Source: Cyanophora paradoxa CCMP329
Taxonomy: Eukaryota > Plantae > Glaucophyta
Assembly (NCBI GenBank): GCA_004431415.1
Contig: QPMI01000059.1
Location: 124,001 to 188,000, forward strand
Direction: 5' to 3'
Length of the DNA stretch: 64,000 nucleotides
Shown here: piece after piece, positions 1-7,396 of the stretch
Position numbering within the stretch: position 1 is the stretch's first letter
How the letters are laid out: the number at the start of each line of letters is the position of its first letter
Program-made: the position numbers and the translations under genes
Notes under the pieces: generated by a model
Told to the model about the DNA's origin: nothing
Database searches by the model: none
What the model saw: the letters and a program-made list of their open reading frames with translations, nothing else

Positions 1-978
1 TTGAATGGAAATAAATACATGGTCAGCACAAGTAGTTCTTCTGGATATCGGCATCAGTACACCACAGCATTATCAAACATTTTTGCCAGTGGCATGACTG
101 TATTTTCAGTGAGAAAGCACACTGCCACAGGTAACCAATCACATTTTGTAGTTACCAATGATGACACAAGTGACCCTACATACGGGAGATATATCACACT
201 GGGAGCAGTTAATGGAAATTCCCTTGGTATTATCACTTCCACATTAACACAAGTCTCAACAACAAGCTTCTTGAATTCTTGGGGGTTGTTCGACTTTCAA
301 TTAACCCCTACAACACTAACTATGGGGTTGAATGGCGCAGATGTATCTCCCTCAATTACTGGAAGCTTCCTGTGGTCAAACACGCCGACCATAAAAATAA
401 AGGAACTCTCATTCACTTCCTATGTAGGAGAGATAGCCGAAGTTGTAATTTTTAATCGGGCTTTATCTCCAACTGAAAAGAGTTTCATGAGATATTACTT
501 TAAGCTCAAATTTGGGCTTGACTTTCCATACACTTATCCCGAAACATACACTCAGCTCTCAGCAAATCTTTTGGTAGACAAGCTCAGTGTGAACACCAAT
601 GTTTACGCAAGGTCTTTCTATGAGGTGGCCACTGGAACTACAAATAGTCTAAGTAAAATCCCGACATGGAATGAAATCAGGCAACGATTTCTATCTGGGA
701 CTTTCCAGATGAGTATAGGACCCCTCAACGCCAATAGCCGTGGAGAAGCCACTTATATTTTAAATTGGAACCCAGCATTCAACACGAAACCACCTGTCAT
801 TAGTTTAGTAATGGAAGGAACCCCTGTGACAACCCAAGCGCTTGGCTATAAATTTGGATTATCGAATTCAAGTTCTACCTCGTCCACAGTTCATGTTACC
901 TTGCTAACTGATGCGACTGCTACAGCAAATACGACATATACCTTCACAATTCACTGGACAGCATATGGAATTCCGTGA
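1..978 (+). CDS. Fibre/adhesin-like protein, 5'-truncated (LamG-like region plus C-terminal H-type-lectin-like beta module)
   Basis: S/T-rich. 'YVGEIAEVVIFNRALSPTE..YFKLKFG' is typical of a LamG/concanavalin-like domain end. The C-terminus (NVYARSFY..FLSGT..NWNPAFNTKPPVISL..IHWTAYG) resembles that of 21649-23187 (NAYARNFY..IQAGT..NFNSSFANPPIVTT..IHYIAVA). Confidence 0.6.
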   Translation: MNGNKYMVSTSSSSGYRHQYTTALSNIFASGMTVFSVRKHTATGNQSHFVVTNDDTSDPTYGRYITLGAVNGNSLGIITSTLTQVSTTSFLNSWGLFDFQLTPTTLTMGLNGADVSPSITGSFLWSNTPTIKIKELSFTSYVGEIAEVVIFNRALSPTEKSFMRYYFKLKFGLDFPYTYPETYTQLSANLLVDKLSVNTNVYARSFYEVATGTTNSLSKIPTWNEIRQRFLSGTFQMSIGPLNANSRGEATYILNWNPAFNTKPPVISLVMEGTPVTTQALGYKFGLSNSSSTSSTVHVTLLTDATATANTTYTFTIHWTAYGIP

Positions 979-1017
979 TGAAGCTTTATTTTTCTATCCT
1001 TCTTAATAGAAGAAGTA

Positions 1018-1863
1018 ATGGGCGAATATAATCGAGTCCAATTACCAGTTTACGCATTGGGGAGTCCAGCAATTCATTTTAGACAACATGAAGTGTCTGA
1101 TGAAGTTCGTGGAATGGAATCAACAGAACGGGCAAATTCAGGTAATGCTTTTGACAAGAATAGTATGATTCGTGTAAAAGAACTGAGAGCTGATAAAAAT
1201 TCGGGAGTGGTGAAAACAACTCAACTTCTTGTAACAAATGCGAATTTTCAATCAGCAAATGGACAACCTGATGCGTATGGTGTAGATATCAAAGCATTTG
1301 AATTTGACAATACAAGGGCTGCTGCTGTTATAAGATCAGGAGGAGCAATAATTGGTGGTGGCTGTAGAGTATCGGGAATGCTTGGCTCTTCTGCTGCCTT
1401 TAATGATTTTCCGGACACTTTACCTGAACATGCTGATAATCCCCAAAGAATTCGCATGTTTCTTCCATGCGGGGATTCCCCGTATGCTTTTGGTATCATT
1501 AGAGCTAATGTAAATACGCAAAATGCCACTCAACCCCAAGGTATTGCCGGACCATGGAAATTGGCTAATCAGCTTCTACCAAAGGCAATGTATTCTATGT
1601 GTCGCTCTCAGAATGGAGGATTAGAAGGTTATACTTTCTTTGTTCAAGCAGTAGGCCATGGTGGGCGTGGATGGATCACAAGAAATCCTGCCACACAACC
1701 AAACAGTTTCGATTTTTGGGCATCAGAGGTAGGGGGTTATGATATTTTAATTTTTGGATATCGTAATGATGAAGCAGCATGGGCTGTTGCCAACTGTATA
1801 AATCCTGATTCGCAGGTCTCGAATTTCTACAATGAACCATTTCCGAATGATCCCATTCCGTAA
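1018..1863 (+). CDS. Fibre-like protein with conserved N-terminal anchor and phage-fibre-type C-terminal domain
   Basis: N-terminal ~120 aa (RVKELRADKNSGVVKTTQLLVTN..RSGGAIIGGG) is shared with 1883-2728, 23207-24277 and 24300-25319. C-terminus (LPKAMYSMCR..VQAV..ILIFGYRND) is paralogous to 1883-2728. Confidence 0.6.
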   Translation: MGEYNRVQLPVYALGSPAIHFRQHEVSDEVRGMESTERANSGNAFDKNSMIRVKELRADKNSGVVKTTQLLVTNANFQSANGQPDAYGVDIKAFEFDNTRAAAVIRSGGAIIGGGCRVSGMLGSSAAFNDFPDTLPEHADNPQRIRMFLPCGDSPYAFGIIRANVNTQNATQPQGIAGPWKLANQLLPKAMYSMCRSQNGGLEGYTFFVQAVGHGGRGWITRNPATQPNSFDFWASEVGGYDILIFGYRNDEAAWAVANCINPDSQVSNFYNEPFPNDPIP

Positions 1864-1882
1864 TTATGTTTCAGTATATTAA

Positions 1883-2728
1883 ATGGCAGCACCAGCACCA
1901 CCAGAGCGCATTTTAACAGCGCAACTATCATTAGCTGCTCCAGCTAACCACGTCTTACAGCATGCTATTATTGATAATATTGATGGTCTCGAATCCACAG
2001 AGATAGCCCCAACTCTGAATACTTTTGGTGACACTCACATGCTAAGACTAAAAGAGTTAAGATGCGACAAAAATAATGGGGTCGTTAAAACTACTAAACT
2101 TCTTGTAACAAATGCGAATTTCAACGCATTTCATGGGGATCCTGATAGTTACAATGATGATAACAAGGTAACCAATTTTGCCTACGAAGCAAGAAGGGGA
2201 GCAATTAAATGTAGGTCAGGAGGTGCCTATATTGGAGATGGTTTAAGGGTTGGTGGAATTATTGGAGCGCCTTTATTAGTAAATGATCAACCCAATCCAG
2301 ATGATGTGAATACAAGAATCAGGACATATGTCCCGGGAATGAATGAGCCTTACATTATCAAAATCAACACAATCATTATCAACCTTCAGACTGCTTTTCT
2401 TGATATTTTAGAGCCTTTGGGAAATCATTATAGATATACTGAGACGTTGCCTGCTGATATTTACTCATTATGTAGACGAACTGATGGAGCAAGACCCCGT
2501 ATTACAGTCCAAGTAGTCCCAGTAGATAATTTCGGTCTTGCTTTTCATTCATTGCCCCTACTTGACACACAAGATGACCAATATATTATAAGAGCCACAC
2601 AACAAGGGACTTACACAGTGATTATGTATGCTGAAAGAAATGATGAAATAGCCAGAGGAAATAGATATGGTCAATATCTAACCACCAATTTATACAATCC
2701 CATTGGTGGAAGTGATCCTTTGCCTTAA
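1883..2728 (+). CDS. Fibre-like protein, tandem paralogue of 1018-1863
   Basis: Same length (281 aa). RLKELRCDKNNGVVKTTKLLVTN..RSGGAYIGDG anchor; LPADIYSLCR..VQVV..VIMYAERND..DPLP C-terminus. Confidence 0.6.
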   Translation: MAAPAPPERILTAQLSLAAPANHVLQHAIIDNIDGLESTEIAPTLNTFGDTHMLRLKELRCDKNNGVVKTTKLLVTNANFNAFHGDPDSYNDDNKVTNFAYEARRGAIKCRSGGAYIGDGLRVGGIIGAPLLVNDQPNPDDVNTRIRTYVPGMNEPYIIKINTIIINLQTAFLDILEPLGNHYRYTETLPADIYSLCRRTDGARPRITVQVVPVDNFGLAFHSLPLLDTQDDQYIIRATQQGTYTVIMYAERNDEIARGNRYGQYLTTNLYNPIGGSDPLP

Positions 2729-2782
2729 ATCGTCAGACATCTGTTACACATTATTGTTTTTTCTTAGCTATTGGTATTCAAA

Positions 2783-3199
2783 ATGCTTGCCAAAGGTTAC
2801 CATGTGATGCTCGATTTCCAATTCAGCCAACCAATTAGCGACCATGTGGGGCTCTCTAAATGGCTCATGAATGTCAGTGAAGACATCATCAAGAAATATG
2901 GAATACAGGTTGTCCACAAACATGCTGAGATTTTTGATGGCACCAAATCACCCCCTGGATTTGCCCAAGTATTATTATTAGATGAAAGCCATTGCTCTGC
3001 TCATTGCTACAGTGATCAAGGCATGTTGGCAATAGATATATTCAGCTGTGGAAAACAGGCAGAAAGGAATACAAGTTTAATTGCTTTTGAGCTGGAGGAG
3101 GAGATAAACAAATATGCTGTTGGATTTGGGGCAGTGATCAAAAAGAGATTACACCATGAGAAGAGGCGTTTCGAGCATCAATTATTGGATGACAATTGA
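2783..3199 (+). CDS. speD: Prokaryotic-type pyruvoyl-dependent S-adenosylmethionine decarboxylase (SpeD-like) proenzyme
   Basis: GYHVMLDF..PPGFAQVLLLDESHCSAHCYSDQGMLAIDIFSCG: intact E-S-H autocleavage motif and DIF[ST]CG motif. First ATG is at 2783. Confidence 0.9.
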   Translation: MLAKGYHVMLDFQFSQPISDHVGLSKWLMNVSEDIIKKYGIQVVHKHAEIFDGTKSPPGFAQVLLLDESHCSAHCYSDQGMLAIDIFSCGKQAERNTSLIAFELEEEINKYAVGFGAVIKKRLHHEKRRFEHQLLDDN

Positions 3200-3273
3200 C
3201 TGGTGCCAAAAAGACGTGATTAATACCCTAAGACCTAAAATAGATGCTGACTACCCTAGTGCCTAAAACGCGC

Positions 3274-3346
3274 ACACATAGGGATATGCCAGATCCAAGC
3301 CAGAGGGCGAAGCCCGAGGGCTTGGATCTGGCATATCCCTATGTGT
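3274..3346. repeat. Perfect 28-bp inverted repeat (hairpin) with GGGC-GAA-GCCC cap, directly followed by CTAG
   Basis: 3274-3301 ACACATAGGGATATGCCAGATCCAAGCC is the exact reverse complement of 3319-3346. Spacer is AGAGGGCGAAGCCCGAG. Confidence 0.95.
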
Positions 3347-3815
3347 CTAGTGGTGCCAGTCGATGGCACTCGAATCGTGACTCGATATCGATGCTGCCGG
3401 TGCCAGTGGTGCCAGCGGCCAGCTGCAGCGGCCAGCCCACTGCCAGGCTGACACTCAACCGGTACTCAGTCACTGGCAGTCACTGCAGCTGGCACTCACT
3501 GCTTCTCAGTGACTAAGTGAGTCACAGTGACAGGCCCCCTGCCAGGCCCCTGGCCCTGAGGCCTAAACCGTAGAGCAGGAAATACTGGACGCTGAAAATG
3601 AGTGGAGTCCGAATTTAGTGGACCGAAATCTTGACTTCGTCCACTAATTTCGGGCTCCGCTAATTAACTGATGGGAAGCGGCCTCATACAGTATATACGT
3701 ACCCCTCGAAATTACTGCCCCATACAAGCCTGAATTGTTTTCGCCTAATTAATGTAAGGGAGGCGCCTAGGGCCAAGCCTTATGATCCACTAGCTAAGTT
3801 TTCCGATCTGGTATC

Positions 3816-4476
3816 GCTCGCTGGGGGGTCACCCCCACCAATTGCGCGCAAAAAAAGCCGACCATGTCAATAAGCAGGTCTTACATCTCCCACAATTCTC
3901 AGTGCGAAAATCATAAATTCGCACTGAGCCACACTACATTTTTCAAACATCTAACTCCTCCTTACTGAAACCAATCACGAAACCATTTCATTCTTCATTT
4001 TTCTAATCCCTTACCATTTTCAGTAAGCCCTAAAACCCTCTCTCGATTTCTCAGTAAGGACAGTAAGACCCTTATTTTTACGAAATGTTCCCGATCGTTT
4101 CCAGACTGTTTACAGTTACCCAAATTGAAAAATCAAGGTGACCCCACCGATAGCCTTAATCCGGATGGATCAAATACGAAATCAAGGTGACCCCCACCGA
4201 TAGAGTACGATAATCGACAAAGTACGACGATAGAACACGATTAATCGATTGAGTTCGCAAGTTTATGCTGCCGAAAATGCCCACCTGCACAAACTTGCGA
4301 CTTCAATCGAAATGTACTTCAATCGAAATGTACTTCAATCGAAATGTACTTCAATCGAAATGTACTTCAATCGAAATGTACGAATCGAAATGTACGATTA
4401 GCATATTTACGACAAAGTACGACGATAGACCACGTTAAAATACACTCGCGCCCCGCCCACTATGCAAGATACATGC
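3816..4476 (+). repeat. Left terminal inverted repeat (661 bp)
   Basis: Reverse complement of 25648-26309, from GCTCGCTGGGGGGTCACCCCC to CAAGATACATGC. The only difference noticed is a C4/C5 homopolymer near 4142. Confidence 0.97.
4301..4396 (+). repeat. 16-bp tandem repeat CTTCAATCGAAATGTA x5 plus one degenerate copy inside the TIR (mirrored at 25728-25823)
   Basis: Read directly from the sequence. No spacers. Confidence 0.95.
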
Positions 4477-4526
4477 AAACTACATGCGAGATACATATAT
4501 AAATTGTTTTTCTCTTCCTATAATAA

Positions 4527-5336
4527 ATGAAGACTCACTTTTACCATAAATATACCGGCAACAAGTATAATGAAATGGATACGATCTATCCATATATCGA
4601 TTTAGAAGGAATTAATAAAGTTATAGAACCGTTTTGTGGTTCAGGTGCTTGTAGTTTCTATCTTTGGGAAAAGCATAAAGACCGGTTTGATTATTATATG
4701 AATGATAACGACGAAACCCATACCCTTTTTTTGAATACAATGAAAGACCCAGACAATAAAGTTAAACTCTTAGAGAGTCTTAAACAGTTCGAAGCAGTAA
4801 GCAATATAGAAGAGCATAAAGAAGTCTATAAGAAGTTTCTACAACATGATCGTAAAGATGCAATGGATTACTTAGCTCACCATTTCTATCTTCTTAAAAA
4901 CAGCGTTTTAAATGTTAAAACCCTCCGTGATTTCAAAAAACGAAACGTGAAGGTGAGTCCATATACAACTCTTAAAAAGAAGATACCTTACGATGATTTT
5001 ATTAAAGGAGCCAGCCTATCCCATGGGGATTTTCGCGATATTGTAGCCAAATATAGAGATGATGAAGCGGCTTTTATATTTCTCGATCCTCCATACGTAA
5101 ACAGCAATAATGACTTTTACGAAAATGTAGAATTCGATTTAGAAACCTTCTTTTTGGATTTGGAAGACCTATTTAAGACAGCGAAATGCAAGGTTATGAT
5201 GGTTGTAAATGATGCTCTTTTAATGAAACTCCTATTTAAACCCTATATTCGCCATACGTATGGCAAAGTGTATGGTATAACAAAACGAAAAAGGAACCAT
5301 ATCATAATGACTAACTATGAACTTGGTGAAAAATAA
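4527..5336 (+). CDS. Dam/D12-class N6-adenine DNA methyltransferase
   Basis: KYTGNK, VIEPFCGSGA (SAM-binding motif I), YYMNDND, FIFLDPPY (catalytic motif IV). Confidence 0.9.
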   Translation: MKTHFYHKYTGNKYNEMDTIYPYIDLEGINKVIEPFCGSGACSFYLWEKHKDRFDYYMNDNDETHTLFLNTMKDPDNKVKLLESLKQFEAVSNIEEHKEVYKKFLQHDRKDAMDYLAHHFYLLKNSVLNVKTLRDFKKRNVKVSPYTTLKKKIPYDDFIKGASLSHGDFRDIVAKYRDDEAAFIFLDPPYVNSNNDFYENVEFDLETFFLDLEDLFKTAKCKVMMVVNDALLMKLLFKPYIRHTYGKVYGITKRKRNHIIMTNYELGEK

Positions 5337-5570
5337 CGATTAAGTCATGTATATATTTCGTATATATGTCCGAACCTCCGTGTGTGTGATCCCGCACAAC
5401 TTTGATTTTTTTGTTTTTTTGTTTTTTTTCTCATATGGCGACATATACATATATATACCGGCGTCACCGACATATTCGGGGTCATCATATCGGGGCGATT
5501 CCGAAAACATATAGCATGCCACAAAGTAGTAATTAATGTTTTTGTTGTGGTATTCGACCAATCACAAGCC

Positions 5571-5660
5571 ACTAGAAAGGGGGAATACCGATTTACTAGA
5601 AAGGTCTAGAAAGGGGGGCTACCGGTTTACTAGAAAGGTCTAGAAAGGGGGGATACCTAA
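5571..5660. repeat. Short imperfect tandem repeats (CTAGAAAGG / GGGGG..TACC) in a non-coding spacer
   Basis: CTAGAAAGG occurs 5 times. A T-rich tract (~5400-5430) and an A-rich tract (~5710-5760) flank it. Confidence 0.8.
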
Positions 5661-5910
5661 AAACTGACAGCTGTTAACAGGTGTCACATGCAAAAAAACC
5701 CAGAGTTCGAACAAAAACTAAAAACAAACAAAATCAAAAAACCAAAAAAACAAAAAGCCGAAAACCGCCATACAAACCGTCAAACCCCTGTATCTCTTCA
5801 CCAACTCATCGCCATTCAAAAATGAAAATAGCGCCGTGACCGTCTTGATGAGACCAGCACGCACATGTAGATATCATATGGTCATTAAAATATTTGTCAA
5901 ATAATTAATA

Positions 5911-6348
5911 ATGGATTCCCGATACCGCGGCTACCACGTTATGCTCGACTATATAACCGACCCGTTCACCGAGTCCCCGGAGGCATGCGCCGAGTGGATC
6001 ACAGCGAACCTATCGCAATATATAACAGATCGCAATATGCGCATCGTGCACCAGCACACATGCATTTTCGATGGCTCTATTTCCCCTCCCGGTTTCGCGA
6101 TCGGCTTCTTATTAGATGAGTCGCATGCGACAGCTCACTCTTATAGCGACCAGGGGCTATTAGCGATCGATATCTTTACCTGCGGCTCAAATGCCGAAGC
6201 AAAGACGATGGGAATAGCACAGGACATTAACGATCTCATACAAGAAAGGCTGAAAGTGCGAAAGTGGGACTTATCTTCCCTTTTAGATACTCGATGTAGT
6301 CACTCTTTCCTTGGAACTTGTGAATCGGTGTATAAATCAGCACAGTAG
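5911..6348 (+). CDS. speD: SpeD-like AdoMetDC proenzyme (3' end possibly rearranged)
   Basis: GYHVMLDY..IFDGSISPPGFAIGFLLDESHATAHSYSDQGLLAIDIFTCG; clear homologue of 2783-3199. Its 3' end overlaps the convergent helicase ORF by 113 bp. Confidence 0.88.
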   Translation: MDSRYRGYHVMLDYITDPFTESPEACAEWITANLSQYITDRNMRIVHQHTCIFDGSISPPGFAIGFLLDESHATAHSYSDQGLLAIDIFTCGSNAEAKTMGIAQDINDLIQERLKVRKWDLSSLLDTRCSHSFLGTCESVYKSAQ

Positions 6349-7396
6349 ACAGATCGCGGTTACGAGTGAGCGCGGTATAGAACCATTCGCGAGTGGTATA
6401 GCGGAACGTAGCCTCACAAATGACAATGCCCGAATCAAGTGTGAGACCTTGCGTTGAATGACCTGTTCCTGCATAAGGGAGAGAAAAATGTTCTAACATC
6501 GCGCACGGAACCTCAAACGTGACACCATCGAAAACGTCCGTTAATGTGACCATTTGCTTTGTGATTTTGGTGATTCGATAGGTGTAATTCGTGTATGCGT
6601 TTATAGACTCGCCCTCAGACCGCGAAATGCGTAGATACTTGCGGCAAACGACTTCCAAACCCTTGTAGAATTTGATGCCATTGACCTCTACGGTTGGGAT
6701 ATTTACTTTGCGTCTATCGTGCATCAGTTTGTTGTAGGCTAAGGTCATTTCGTTTCTGTAAGCGATGCCAAAGTAGCCGTCGGGAATAGCGCTTAGATCA
6801 TTAATTGTCGGCAACCCGTATTTCGAGATAATCTGTGCGGCTTCCAGTCCGTTCTCGAAGAGATCCTCTTTAATCGCCCGAATTAATTCACGGTCTGTCT
6901 CCTTCTTGTGCCGCTTGTTATTGCGTAGACTCAGAACGTTAGGGAACATGCTCTGCACAGCGCGCTTATAGTAGCCCTTGCGATCAGAAACCGAGAGCTC
7001 GTCATTAATTGGTTCGTTCTGATAGGTATCGCCATTAGCCAAATATTTGATATCCGGATAGCGATCGATAAACGACTTGATCTTAGCGAGATCTTTTACG
7101 GAATACGCAAATATCTCGTCGAACATAATGTGGCTGAACTCAGATACGAACGCCCTCTGGTCTTTTTCGCTCATAGCCTCTTCGTAGGTCTGATCATTTG
7201 AGACACGGATCCCGAGAACATTATACAAAGTACGAACGGTAATATTCTCGATTCCGCGGACTTTGAGAGAGTCCCTTAGCTCTGCGCACTGTTTGTTATA
7301 GGGGCAAATAACTAAGCAATTTGACTTTTGAGATGCGAAACAGTTAATACCGAGTGTCGACTTTCCACTTCCGGGCATGTCAGCAAGGACAAGCAT
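6236..7396 (-). CDS. SF1B (Pif1/RecD-like) helicase domain, probably the frameshifted C-terminus of the PolB-like gene
   Basis: ADMPGSGKS (Walker A), IMFDEIF (Walker B), GDTYQNEPI (III), LRNNKR (IV), YAGTGHSTQGLTL (V), FYTALTR (VI). The frame stays open upstream to ~7461. Confidence 0.88.
   Translation of the reverse strand: MLVLADMPGSGKSTLGINCFASQKSNCLVICPYNKQCAELRDSLKVRGIENITVRTLYNVLGIRVSNDQTYEEAMSEKDQRAFVSEFSHIMFDEIFAYSVKDLAKIKSFIDRYPDIKYLANGDTYQNEPINDELSVSDRKGYYKRAVQSMFPNVLSLRNNKRHKKETDRELIRAIKEDLFENGLEAAQIISKYGLPTINDLSAIPDGYFGIAYRNEMTLAYNKLMHDRRKVNIPTVEVNGIKFYKGLEVVCRKYLRISRSEGESINAYTNYTYRITKITKQMVTLTDVFDGVTFEVPCAMLEHFSLPYAGTGHSTQGLTLDSGIVICEATFRYTTREWFYTALTRNRDLSTVLIYTPIHKFQGKSDYIEYLKGKISPTFALSAFLV

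Larger units (their letters stand above)
1..3350 (+). mobile_element. Right-hand part of an endogenous polinton-like virus (element A); left part outside the window
   Basis: AT-rich, intron-less, tightly packed co-oriented ORFs. All four resemble genes of element B (fibre C-terminus, two fibre paralogues, AdoMetDC). Composition switches abruptly to GC-rich host-type DNA after the hairpin+CTAG at 3274-3350. Right boundary is inferred. Confidence 0.8.

Noticed and set aside
3244-3516. 90-aa ORF
   Set aside because: Runs through the hairpin and low-complexity host spacer; no protein-like features.
4301-4396. CRISPR-like array
   Set aside because: Head-to-tail 16-bp repeats with no spacers and no cas genes; part of the TIR.
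5340-5572. Two small minus-strand ORFs
   Set aside because: Non-ATG starts and they cross T-tracts; likely chance ORFs.
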